A stretch of 31,494 nucleotides of DNA from Candidatus Baldrarchaeota archaeon (GTDB taxonomy: Archaea; Asgardarchaeota; Baldrarchaeia; Baldrarchaeales; DXJG01): contig DXJG01000006.1 of NCBI GenBank assembly GCA_019056805.1, positions 1 through 31,494 of the forward strand, given 5' to 3'. Position numbers and translations under genes: made by a program. This document shows positions 1-8,888 of the stretch, in pieces. The notes beneath the pieces were generated by a model. It was not told the origin of the DNA. It worked only from the letters and a program-made list of their open reading frames with translations, and did no database searches. Within the stretch, counting starts at the first letter, position 1. Every line of letters begins with the position of its first letter.

Positions 1-224
1 ACTAAAATTCTAGAAAGAGACATTTCACGTTAATGCATATACCTTTCAAGTGTTTTTAAACGCTAACTTGTAAGTTCTAAGTTGTTGCTATATTCTTAGA
101 AAAAGCGAAATAGCTAAAATAATAGGTGTAAAAATTTTAGTAAATATTCAAAATACTTGAAGAAGACATATTCTGTGTTGTATTCTTATATAAAAATATT
201 TATAAGTATACAAAGGGGAGAAAT

Positions 225-242
225 TATACTTAGTATACTTAG
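225..242 (+). repeat. Perfect tandem direct repeat TATACTTAG x2, immediately upstream of the antitoxin-like gene; possible operator
   Basis: Read directly: tatacttag at 225-233 and again at 234-242. It is followed by GGTGAT (244-249) and the TTG start at 254. An A/T-rich TATA-like stretch (about 186-210, ttatataaaaatatttataagtata) lies upstream. The operator function is inference only. Confidence 0.45.
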
Positions 243-253
243 TGGTGATTTAG

Positions 254-514
254 TTGTCAACTATTAAGGTTAAGAAGGAAACTTTATTGAAGTTAACGAA
301 GTTGGTTGGATATTTAACTGAGAAAACTGGAAAGAGAATGACTTATGATGATGTTATACGTTATTTAATCAGTAATTTTGACAAAAAAGAAATATTAAAA
401 GAGAAAAAAATCGACGAGTTTACTCAAAAATTATTATCATATGTTGAAAAATCGTTTTTGGGTGCTGGACCAGAAGACTTTGAAGAATATGAGTATGAAG
501 ATTTAGGGGATTAA
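254..514 (+). CDS. Small VapB-like antitoxin (putative DNA-binding partner of the downstream PIN protein)
   Basis: 86-aa ORF with a TTG start 4 nt after GGTGAT. It ends 1 nt before the PIN ORF. The N-terminal 'IKVKKETLLKL...MTYDDVIRYLISNF' resembles small archaeal antitoxins, and the C-terminal tail is acidic (EDFEEYEYEDLGD). Confidence 0.6.
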   Translation: MSTIKVKKETLLKLTKLVGYLTEKTGKRMTYDDVIRYLISNFDKKEILKEKKIDEFTQKLLSYVEKSFLGAGPEDFEEYEYEDLGD

Positions 515-515
515 A

Positions 516-995
516 ATGAATGTTTTTGTCGATACAGAAATATGGAGTTTTGCTCAGAAAGTACCTGCAAAAGAAAAGTTTATGGATAAACTAAAGTATG
601 AGAAGTTTTTAAAGGCACATATTGAAGCAAAAAGTTTTTTGAAAAAAGTTTTAAGCGAAGAAATAATTTACATGTCACTTCATCAAGTTGCAGAAATTTT
701 TCACGTTTTAGGATTCAGAGGTTTTAAACTACCCATAGACTTTGTTACAGAATATGTAAATGCCTTAATACTTTCTGAGCGTGTGATAAAAATACCAGTC
801 ACAATTAATCACTTTCAAGAGGCTTTAAAATTAAGTAAAGAAAGCGGAATACACATATGGGATTTCCTTTGTATAATACCAATAAAAGAATACATAGACA
901 GAATATATACTGTTGACAAACATTTCCTCCACAAAACTTTCCAAAAACTAGGAATAAAAATAGAAAACCCACTAAAAATATGGATAAAAGTCTAA
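516..995 (+). CDS. vapC: PIN-domain ribonuclease toxin, VapC-like
   Basis: 159 aa. The 'MNVFVDTEIW' N-terminus carries the first PIN Asp. Later acidic positions lie in 'IHIWDFLCI' and 'IYTVDKHF'. The size and the tightly coupled small upstream ORF are typical of VapBC modules. Confidence 0.7.
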   Translation: MNVFVDTEIWSFAQKVPAKEKFMDKLKYEKFLKAHIEAKSFLKKVLSEEIIYMSLHQVAEIFHVLGFRGFKLPIDFVTEYVNALILSERVIKIPVTINHFQEALKLSKESGIHIWDFLCIIPIKEYIDRIYTVDKHFLHKTFQKLGIKIENPLKIWIKV

Positions 996-1109
996 CCGAG
1001 AGTAAAATAATGCTTAAATGAAATTTTTAGGGGAAATTGATTTTGATAAAATATGGAATATTATTCTAAGCTGACTTTACTGAAAGTTGTCAAATAAATA
1101 GCTATAGAT

Positions 1110-1904
1110 GTGATATATTTGGGGAATATGCATGTTTCCTCACTTAACTATGATATTTGGAAAGCTGTAACTCATCTTTACTTAAATGATCCATTAAATC
1201 ATGTTTACCTCATGTATGACCTTATCTACGAGTTAAATAAGGTTGATATCTACTTTCAATTAGCTGGTAAGAAAATTATCGGCTACCTGCTTATTTGGAA
1301 GGGATTTGACACTCCTGGTGTTCATATATGGGGTAGTACCCGTGAAAATTAGTTTTACCTATCGAACGATCAATGGATATCCAAGTATACAGTGAAGATT
1401 TATTGAATCTCTTAGTTAAATATCTTAAATCCAAGGGAAATAATGTAACTGTAAAAACGTATCTTAATATGGTTGTAGATGAGGGTAGCTTTAAACCATA
1501 CAGCCCTGAGAAGGTCATTAGACTTAGTGAGAAAGACTTAAACTTTTTCATGGAGATTAAGAAGGTTCAAGGCCGTATGATGACTAAAGATTCAGCTAGA
1601 GATTTAATAAGAAAATGGAGGTACTATGGTCTTTATGTTGATAATGGGTTAGTAGCTATAGCATGGTCCTACTCTAAAAATGAATGAAGTGTGGATAATA
1701 GGTGATGTATTTACTCACCCAGATTATAGAGGTAGAGGTTATGCGAAGATAGTTACATCAGCAGTAACGAAAGACGCAGTAACTGCGGGAGCAAAAACAT
1801 TTTTACACGTAAAAGAAGATAGCATCTCTGCAATTAAAGTCTATAAAGCATTAGGCTACAAAGTTTTAGGCAAAAGACAATGGATATTCTACAATAAAAC
1901 ATAG
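1110..1904 (+). pseudogene. GNAT-family N-acetyltransferase with an N-terminal accessory domain, split into three frame fragments (1110-1352, 1373-1687, 1680-1904)
   Basis: The last fragment carries the GNAT acetyl-CoA motif 'THPDYRGRGYAKIV...IKVYKALGYKV'. The sense reading continues across both breaks. The first shift must fall in 1346-1349, inside A4 (1345-1348). The second falls in 1662-1684, which contains A5 (1676-1680). Removing or adding one A restores a single protein of about 260 aa. Confidence 0.65.
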
Positions 1905-1968
1905 GAACAAATAAAATAGTTGAAATTAATATTAACATTATTAGGAACAGTATATTGAGGGTAAAACC

Positions 1969-3363
1969 TTGGATTTTGATGAAATTGTAGAATATTATTC
2001 TAAGCCGATTGTGAGAAAGGAAATTGTAGAGTATTCACGAGGCAGATGGATTGCTATACATACGTTAAGAGGGGGATTAACAGGACTTTTTGTCCGATAT
2101 TGGAGTAAAACTGGGCCACCGCTACATATTTCTAAAGAAGAAGATCTGGATGGGTTGATGAAGAGGTTTCGGGGTTTAAGACCTAGAACCTTTTATGCAT
2201 CCATAAACGTATATTCTAGGATTTTAAGGAGAGAAGATGTAGAGAATCCTGACAATATTCTATATACTACTCCTATATGGGATATTGATGGATCTTTAGA
2301 ATACTGGGACAAAGTTATCGACGTAGCGAGAGTAATAGTTGATGAACTTGAAAAAGAAGGAGTTTCAAAATCAATATATCTTAAATGGTCTGGAAGAGGA
2401 ATACATATCCATTTACATGAAAAAGCCATTTCAAGCGACGTTTTGTCGAAACATCACCCTCTAGATATAGCTTACTCAATCGTCGACTACATAATTAAAA
2501 AGTGTACAGATAAAATCGTTGAAATCATAAAAAATGTTACAGGTGGAGAAAGACCGTTAAAAGTCGAAAATGAAATGGACCTTAAAAGAGTATTTACAGT
2601 TCCTCTTTCACTCCATAAATCTCTGGACTATGCGGTTATATGCTTTAAACCTAATGAACTAGATGAATTTACTACCGAATGGGCTAAGCCCGACGTATTA
2701 AAACACAATACTGATTGGAGAAGTTATAGTGAAGGAGAAGCTGACGCACTTGCTTTGAAAGCTATGAAGGAAATTGGAGGATACTTTAAGAGGGTTGGCG
2801 AAATTAGAACCGTTGTGCAAACCGTAGAACCTACAATTACTAGGAAGGTTAGTAGAAAACCTACTATGAAAGTAGGTAGATTTCAAGTTATGGCCCTTCT
2901 TCAAGCAGCAAGATACTATCTTTTAACCGGAGATCTTGAAAAAGCGAAATCTTTTGGCCTTAATAGAGCTATATTTTATGCTTGGGCTAAATATCATGGT
3001 AGAGATAGAATATTTAAGAGAAAACTAACGGGTAGAGAAAAAGAGGTTGAATATACCGTTGAACGAGGGAGAAGACTGGTTTATGTTGGCGATGAGGGAG
3101 CCTTTATGTCTGAACGTGGATGGTTCATAATTGGTGATAAAGAACAATTACCTAGTGATTATGATAAAGAAATTGCTAGAAAAATAGACTCTATTGTTCC
3201 ATACGATTTAGCTTGGAAAAGTGCCGTGGAATATTTAAAGAAATTCCCCAAAAACGTTTTACTAAATCAGCAAAAATTTTTCAATGAGGCGTATAAGAGA
3301 GTGAGAGATATCTTCATAGATAAAATTGTTAAAGTCAAAGGATTTGATAGGCCTTTATCATAA
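1969..3363 (+). CDS. Archaeo-eukaryotic primase (AEP) catalytic subunit, PriS-like, with a C-terminal extension of about 215 aa
   Basis: TTG start with GAGGGT 6 nt upstream. AEP motif I is 'IWDIDGS' (aa 103-109). Motif II is 'WSGRGIHIHLH' (aa 140-150). Motif III is 'EMDLKRVFTVPLSLHKS' (aa 202-218). 'FYASINVY' precedes motif I, as in PriS. There are only two Cys (aa 179 and 225), so no Zn-knuckle or Fe-S ligand set is evident. Confidence 0.6.
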   Translation: MDFDEIVEYYSKPIVRKEIVEYSRGRWIAIHTLRGGLTGLFVRYWSKTGPPLHISKEEDLDGLMKRFRGLRPRTFYASINVYSRILRREDVENPDNILYTTPIWDIDGSLEYWDKVIDVARVIVDELEKEGVSKSIYLKWSGRGIHIHLHEKAISSDVLSKHHPLDIAYSIVDYIIKKCTDKIVEIIKNVTGGERPLKVENEMDLKRVFTVPLSLHKSLDYAVICFKPNELDEFTTEWAKPDVLKHNTDWRSYSEGEADALALKAMKEIGGYFKRVGEIRTVVQTVEPTITRKVSRKPTMKVGRFQVMALLQAARYYLLTGDLEKAKSFGLNRAIFYAWAKYHGRDRIFKRKLTGREKEVEYTVERGRRLVYVGDEGAFMSERGWFIIGDKEQLPSDYDKEIARKIDSIVPYDLAWKSAVEYLKKFPKNVLLNQQKFFNEAYKRVRDIFIDKIVKVKGFDRPLS

Positions 3364-3372
3364 TTTTTAATT

Positions 3373-4644
3373 TTATTTCTCTGCTTTAGGCAGTGGCGGT
3401 ATCAAAGGAACTTTTGCTGGTGCTATTCTTCTCGTCTCCTTTAACAGCAAGAAGGAAAGAGCAGTTATTGCTCTCAAAATTACACTTATCGTTAACACCG
3501 TGTTTAAAGCTTGTATTTCGCTTTGAAACGTTTGGAAAAACATACCTAGATAGCCACTAAACATTGGACCTATGGAAAAGGCTAAACCAGTTATCGTGTT
3601 ATATGTAGCGAAGTAAGTTCCTCGTTCATGTTCCCCTGAAACATCCAATATATAAGCTGAGATGGCAACCATAGATAATCCGTTAGATATACCACCTATA
3701 ATATTCGCAAGATAAACATAATACATATTTTGAGATAAAATAAATAGAAACGGGTACAAAGGTAACATTATTCGCGATACCACTATTATCGGCTTTCTTC
3801 CAAACCTATCTGCAAGCTTACCCAAGTAAAATTGACTTAAAGAAGCAGTAACCCCAAATATTATCGATGCAATAGCTATTTCAAATTTAGAAGCTTGCAA
3901 TTTCCTTATCATTACAACCGAGAAATAAGGCCAAGACATACTCATAGCTACTCCAAAAATCACCTCTAAAGAACAAAGTCTTCGAAAATACTTATTCTTA
4001 AGAGTTTCCTTAATTGCTCTTTTTAACCCTTGATAGACGGGTGTACCTCCATCCTCAACCGGCTCCCTAAACTTCAAAATGAGTAGAGATCCTAATACGC
4101 CGAAAATAGCGGCTGCTGTAAAAGCAAAAGTATATTGAGATTCTAAAGTAGCTCCCATTATCCAAGTCATAACTATTCCCGCTATAGCTGTTGCAGACAC
4201 TCTCGCTGCAAAAGCTATTCCATTTATTTTACCAAGAGCTTTTCCTCGGACTTTTTCAGGTATTATTTTGCCTAGTAAAGCGTTCCATGCTGGTACTGCA
4301 GCAGACAATATAACAAAGTGAATAGCCAGGAACAATGCAAAAAGCATTGGGGTTTTAGCAAAGAGAAATAAGAGTATTAAAGTACTACCTACAAGATATC
4401 CGAAAAACATGAAGGGTTTCCGTTTTCCTATTTTATCTGATAGTCCTCCCCAAATTGGTTGTAATATTGTTGGCGCAGCGGTGCTAACAGCTGTTATTAT
4501 ACCCATTTCACCGTAAGTTGCCTCTCTTTCCACCGCATATATGTTAAGGTATGGTTGGTATAACCCTCCACTGAATGAGAGGAAACATGCTGTAGCATAT
4601 ATTACTGGTGGAATACCACTGTTCTTACTGTCTTCATTGGCCAT
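3373..4644 (-). CDS. MFS-family transporter
   Basis: About 12 hydrophobic segments, with the MFS loop motif 'GGLSDKIGKRKP' and a second-half 'GKLADRFGRKP'. I prefer the ATG at 4644 (MANEDSK..., GGGGGAT about 8 nt upstream). The ORF remains open to a TTG at 4716. Confidence 0.8.
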   Translation of the reverse strand: MANEDSKNSGIPPVIYATACFLSFSGGLYQPYLNIYAVEREATYGEMGIITAVSTAAPTILQPIWGGLSDKIGKRKPFMFFGYLVGSTLILLFLFAKTPMLFALFLAIHFVILSAAVPAWNALLGKIIPEKVRGKALGKINGIAFAARVSATAIAGIVMTWIMGATLESQYTFAFTAAAIFGVLGSLLILKFREPVEDGGTPVYQGLKRAIKETLKNKYFRRLCSLEVIFGVAMSMSWPYFSVVMIRKLQASKFEIAIASIIFGVTASLSQFYLGKLADRFGRKPIIVVSRIMLPLYPFLFILSQNMYYVYLANIIGGISNGLSMVAISAYILDVSGEHERGTYFATYNTITGLAFSIGPMFSGYLGMFFQTFQSEIQALNTVLTISVILRAITALSFLLLKETRRIAPAKVPLIPPLPKAEK

Positions 4645-4881
4645 CGCTCTTAATCCCCCGCAGTACACATGCAACAAACCAATAAGATTTAAACCTATCG
4701 ATACCGGCTTTAACAATGTATTAATTAGTAGTCGGGCGAGTTAAACAAATAAGAAAAGCTCCACACACTACATTTGTTAAAGAGAAGACAATAAAGTTAT
4801 TTACATAATTTAAATATTAAATTCATAACCAAGAGGACTAGTATGTGGCATCAAAATTAAAACATCAATTGAGATGGTCGT

Positions 4882-5376
4882 ATGTTCAAAAACAAAATTC
4901 CTTTAATTGTTTTATCTCTTTTAGCATTTCCTCTAGCCTCGATATTTGGATATTTCACTTACCACTATTTTCACCTAGCCGCATTAAGCATACATGAGGC
5001 TATACCTGATGAAGCTGTCCTTTTTCTCCCAGTTTTCGCCACTTTGTGGCTTATTCCAACATCTATTGTTGTTCATTTTTCAGCTAAACATTTACATGGA
5101 AAAGGAAGCTACTTGCAAGACCTTGCTGCACTTGGCTTAGCTTTAGCTTTTGTGGACTTACTTATGTGGTTTGGCTGGCTTGGAGGACCATTAACCTTCT
5201 GGTTAGCGCTTGTAATATGTTTTTTCCCATATGTGCTACTACATGGCTGGTTGTTGAAAAATATTCATGAACTAGATTTATATCGTGCTATGTTTGTAGG
5301 CATAGCTGTTTTCTTAACTACACTCTTTGGTTTTATGGTAGCAGTAGAATTGTTAGGATACTTGTACTGGTTATAG
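4882..5376 (+). CDS. Integral membrane protein of unknown function (possibly Yip1-like)
   Basis: 164 aa with 4-5 hydrophobic helices. 'HLHGKGSYLQDLAALGLA' is reminiscent of Yip1-domain proteins. This assignment is weak. Confidence 0.45.
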   Translation: MFKNKIPLIVLSLLAFPLASIFGYFTYHYFHLAALSIHEAIPDEAVLFLPVFATLWLIPTSIVVHFSAKHLHGKGSYLQDLAALGLALAFVDLLMWFGWLGGPLTFWLALVICFFPYVLLHGWLLKNIHELDLYRAMFVGIAVFLTTLFGFMVAVELLGYLYWL

Positions 5377-5579
5377 GCAACAAGGCATGTACTTTCACGC
5401 TTTTATATTTAAAATTTTAAGGTAATGGATACTCCTCGTATTACTTAAGCTAAGTTATTAAGTTTTGTGAACAGCTTCATCAACATTTAAAATATAAGCT
5501 TAAAGAGAAATAAATGGATGTTATCTTCTACTAAATGTTTAAAGTTATTTCGTTTTACATTTTATGTTGGTGGTTTGCT

Positions 5580-5858
5580 ATGGCCTTGGTGCTAAATAAC
5601 TCTGATAATGTTGCTGTTGCTTTAAGGGATTTGAAGCCAGGAGACGTTATTAACGTATTCTTAGGGGACATGGTTAAAGTTGTTAAAATCAGAGATAAAA
5701 TTCCTAAAGGACATAAATTTGCAATTAAAAATATCAAGAAGGGTGAAAAGGTTTTAAAATACGGTGAGATTATTGGCATCGCTTCTAAAGACATTTTAGA
5801 GGGAGAACATGTACATGTTCACAATGTTATAAGTTATTATAAGGTCTCTATGGGATAA
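5580..5858 (+). CDS. UxaA/SuyA-type dehydratase small subunit (SAF domain)
   Basis: 'LNNSDNVAVALRDLKPGDVI...IPKGHKFAIKNIKKGEKVLKYGEIIG' matches the N-terminal SAF domain of altronate/galactarate dehydratases and SuyA. I prefer the ATG at 5580 (GGTGG 6 nt upstream) over the ORF-track start at 5535, which adds a hydrophobic leader. Confidence 0.75.
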   Translation: MALVLNNSDNVAVALRDLKPGDVINVFLGDMVKVVKIRDKIPKGHKFAIKNIKKGEKVLKYGEIIGIASKDILEGEHVHVHNVISYYKVSMG

Positions 5859-5862
5859 GAAC

Positions 5863-6839
5863 ATGAAGTTAACTAATATGGAAAACAAGTGCAAGAGGGA
5901 ACATCATAGTTCCGAATTGAATGATCAGTTATCAATAGTTTCTGAACTATCTCTTGAGGATGTAAATCTTGTTAAGAAGATGTTTATTGAACATAAAGAT
6001 GAGGAATTTGTTTATCTTCAAAACATTTACTTATATGACGTATTTTATCACGCTAAATCTTCTAGCCCCCTCATAATAAAAATTGGAAACAACATCGTTG
6101 GAAGCTTATATGCTGCCAAATTTTTTTCAACTCAGGTTACATAGGTGGAGTACTTATACATCGAAAATATAGAAGAAAAGGCATCGGAACACTACTTCTT
6201 AAAAAAGCTTTAGAATGGCTAAAAACACCTCATACATTCCTTTTCGTCGAACCTGAAAACATCGCTGCACAAAAATTGTTTAGGAAATGCGGATTCAAAA
6301 TTCTCTATAGAAGAGTTATATGTCAAGGAGTATACAAACCAAGCAAAGCTCATGAAGATATTAAAACCTATGTCGATTTAAATGAACTTAGTGAAACTAA
6401 ATGCTTTAATAAAAGACAAGGTGTCATACACCTAGGATATTACCCTGTTAAACTGAGCGAAAAAGCATTAAAAACTTTAGAAAGCCAAGGTAAAGTCCTA
6501 AACTACAAATCTACCACCCTAATTTATGAACTTTCTAAAATAGTTAAAATGGGAGAATACGAATTCACCTTTAACAATTATATATTAGAGGAAATTAAAG
6601 ATAAAATACCTCTTACCATAATGGGAAATGTTATTGAGATAAACCCCTTCCATAAAAAACTAGTCAAGAAAGATTTCTCCAAGTTATTAGAACACTTAAG
6701 ACATTTGTACGGCAATATCCAAATGTATGTGTTGACCTATGAAAATGATCCAATCATAAAAGTACTAAAAGAGCTAGGTTTTAAATGTAGACTAGGGGCT
6801 TACGTAATGTGCGCCAATACCGTTAATGTTACATTATGA
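5863..6839 (+). pseudogene. Two-domain GNAT-family acetyltransferase, frame-broken at a T7 run (fragments 5863-6144 and about 6066-6839)
   Basis: The GNAT motif 'GYIGGVLIHRKYRRKGIGTLLLKKALEWL...AAQKLFRKCGFKI' is encoded at 6135-6300, in the frame of the 6276 ORF but upstream of its first Met. The upstream fragment ends 'IVGSLYAAKFF' at T7 (6121-6127). A 1-nt change there joins the two fragments into a protein of about 325 aa. The start lies 4 nt after the small-subunit stop. The stop overlaps the large-subunit start (ATGA, ATG 6836-6838 with TGA 6837-6839). Confidence 0.65.
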
Positions 6840-8050
6840 ATAAGGTAGAGAAAAATTCCAAAAATGTATGTGGTGATCATTTGCCTAGAAATATTGATTT
6901 TGAGGGTTATATTAGACCTGATGGAAGTGTTGGCGTTAGGAACCATGTTCTTGTTATTCCTACTGTTGTTTGTAGTGCTCATGTTGCTGAGAAAATTTCC
7001 TGTAGTGTCAACGGTTCTACTTGTATTGTTCATCAACATGGTTGTGCTCAAGCTGGGGAAGATCTTGAACGAACTTTTAAAATTCTTTCTGGCTTTGGGA
7101 AAAATCCTAATGTTGCAAGCGTTCTTATCGTTGCCTTGGGTTGTGAAGCTATTTCATGTGAAAAGCTTGCCGATGAGATTTCTAAGTCAGGTAAACCTGT
7201 TGAAACTTTAATTATTCAAGAAGAAAAAGGGCTTAAAGAGGTCATTGAAAAGGGAATAAACATTGTTAGAAAACTTGTTGAAGAAGCTTCTCATCTTAAA
7301 AGAGAAAAGGTTGACTTAAGCGGCTTAATTGTTGCTGTTGAGTGTGGTGGTTCTGACTGGACTTCTGGTCTTGCTTCAAATCCAGCTGTTGGGTACGCGA
7401 TGGATCTTATAGTTGATAATGGTGGTCGTATCGTTTTTTCTGAAACAACTGAAATTATTGGTGGAGAACGTATTTTAGCTAAGCGATGTATTAACGATAA
7501 AGTTCGAGAGAAACTGCTAAAAATTGTTTCTAGAGTTATTGAAAGAGCTAGATGCGAAGGTATCGACTTAATTGGCACTAATCCTGCCCCAGGAAACATT
7601 AAAGGAGGTCTCTCTACTATCGAGGAAAAATCTCTCGGAGCTATTCTTAAATCTGGATCAAAAACCATCATAGATGTTTTAGAATATGGTGAAGAAATTC
7701 CTAGTAAGAGTGGATGCTATTTTATGGATACTCCCGGACAAGATGTAGAATCTATTTGCGGCATGGTTGCTGGAGGAGCCCAACTCGTTGTCTTTACCAC
7801 TGGTCTCGGTACACCAACCGGAAACCCTATTGTCCCAGTAATTAAAGTCACTGGTAATCTTGATACCTTTAAGAAAATGCCAGATATTATCGATATTTAT
7901 TTGGAAATTATTGAGGAAAAAGAGACTATCGAAGAAGCTGGTAGAAGAATTTTTGGAAAAATTCTCGAAGTTGCTTCTGGCGTTAAAACTTGTTCAGAAA
8001 TAAATGGAAATAAAGAATTTGCTATTTTTAGAACTGGATACACTTATTAA
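6836..8050 (+). CDS. UxaA-family hydro-lyase large subunit (altronate/galactarate dehydratase or SuyB-like)
   Basis: 404 aa. 'FEGYIRPDGSVGVRNHVLVIPTVVCS', 'ALGCEA', 'VECGGSDWTSG' and 'GGAQLVVFTTGLGTPTGNPIVPVIKVTGN' are characteristic of the UxaA C-terminal catalytic region. Confidence 0.85.
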   Translation: MNKVEKNSKNVCGDHLPRNIDFEGYIRPDGSVGVRNHVLVIPTVVCSAHVAEKISCSVNGSTCIVHQHGCAQAGEDLERTFKILSGFGKNPNVASVLIVALGCEAISCEKLADEISKSGKPVETLIIQEEKGLKEVIEKGINIVRKLVEEASHLKREKVDLSGLIVAVECGGSDWTSGLASNPAVGYAMDLIVDNGGRIVFSETTEIIGGERILAKRCINDKVREKLLKIVSRVIERARCEGIDLIGTNPAPGNIKGGLSTIEEKSLGAILKSGSKTIIDVLEYGEEIPSKSGCYFMDTPGQDVESICGMVAGGAQLVVFTTGLGTPTGNPIVPVIKVTGNLDTFKKMPDIIDIYLEIIEEKETIEEAGRRIFGKILEVASGVKTCSEINGNKEFAIFRTGYTY

Positions 8051-8073
8051 CATAACTTAACAGTATTTTTAGT

Positions 8074-8751
8074 TCATAGAAGAGATTTATGTTCAAGCTT
8101 CTGTTTTATTTTTTCTATTATGTTTAGTTCTTGAAGCATATTATGTGTTTTCGTGTTTTTTCCAACCTTGATAAACTCTATGAGATCTTCCGGTTTATCT
8201 ATATCAAGAGCTATCCTTGGATTTTTATAAACTTTAAAATGCACATTATTCGCTAACGCTATCTCTCGATGTTTCTCAAAACTTCCAACTCCGTATCTAG
8301 GTGAAATTATATTTGGCGGCTGTCTAAATAAAAGATTTGTACCATAGCCGTCTTTTGAAGGCGAAATTACCACTATTTCTTCAATGTTTTTTCCCATAGA
8401 TACTGCTTCATCTATATCCTCCGGTTTAATTAATGGAATGTCCATGGGAACTATTGTAACATTTTTTGCACCCATTTTCATACAATAATTGGTAGCTATC
8501 ATTAATGACTCATTTAACCCTTTACCACTGTCATGTAGTGCCCTTATTCCAAAATTTTTAGCTTTTGCAAGAACTTTAACATCATTGGTAACCACGATTG
8601 TGTAATCGAGTTGTTTTGAACGAATTAAAGCATTTACAACATCTTCAAACATCGTTAGGCAGAGTAAATGGCGTTCATGTTCCTCTAATAGAGGCGCTAG
8701 TCTATGTTTTGCTTTATCTAACACTTTTACAGGAACTATTGCAAAAGACAA
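8074..8751 (-). CDS. cofC: 2-phospho-L-lactate (or PEP) guanylyltransferase, F420 biosynthesis
   Basis: 225 aa with a TTG start. 'FAIVPVKVLDKAKHRLAPLL...ERHLLCLTMFEDVVNAL' matches the CofC/FbiD N-terminal signature, and the size is typical. cofD lies nearby. Confidence 0.8.
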   Translation of the reverse strand: MSFAIVPVKVLDKAKHRLAPLLEEHERHLLCLTMFEDVVNALIRSKQLDYTIVVTNDVKVLAKAKNFGIRALHDSGKGLNESLMIATNYCMKMGAKNVTIVPMDIPLIKPEDIDEAVSMGKNIEEIVVISPSKDGYGTNLLFRQPPNIISPRYGVGSFEKHREIALANNVHFKVYKNPRIALDIDKPEDLIEFIKVGKNTKTHNMLQELNIIEKIKQKLEHKSLL

Positions 8752-8888
8752 ATTACCACAACTCCCTTACCATTATTCCACTCAATGTTAGGCACTCTAC
8801 GGCATCTTTGCAAGTTAATTTTTATCTTTAACCTGTATAAACTTTTATTTGAAGCTTCCGTATCCTAGATTTTAAGTGTTTATTAACT

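Noticed and set aside
254-3363. TA module, decayed GNAT and primase as an integrated mobile element
   Set aside because: There is no integrase, transposase or tRNA target, and I could find no flanking direct repeats by eye. The composition does not visibly differ from the rest of the window. The idea is kept only as a minor alternative in the primase finding.
6118-6127. Classical -1 programmed ribosomal frameshift heptamer at the GNAT-B T7 run
   Set aside because: In the incoming frame the codons are AAA TTT TTT TCA. No X XXY YYZ heptamer sits in the correct register, and I see no obvious downstream stem-loop or pseudoknot. Indel or transcriptional slippage is more plausible.
6864-7671. ORFs 6864-7211 (+, alternate frame) and 7291-7671 (-) overlapping the UxaA large subunit
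   Set aside because: Both are nested in a gene with clear family motifs. The Leu/Phe-rich or Ser/Pro-rich translations are typical of off-frame artefacts.
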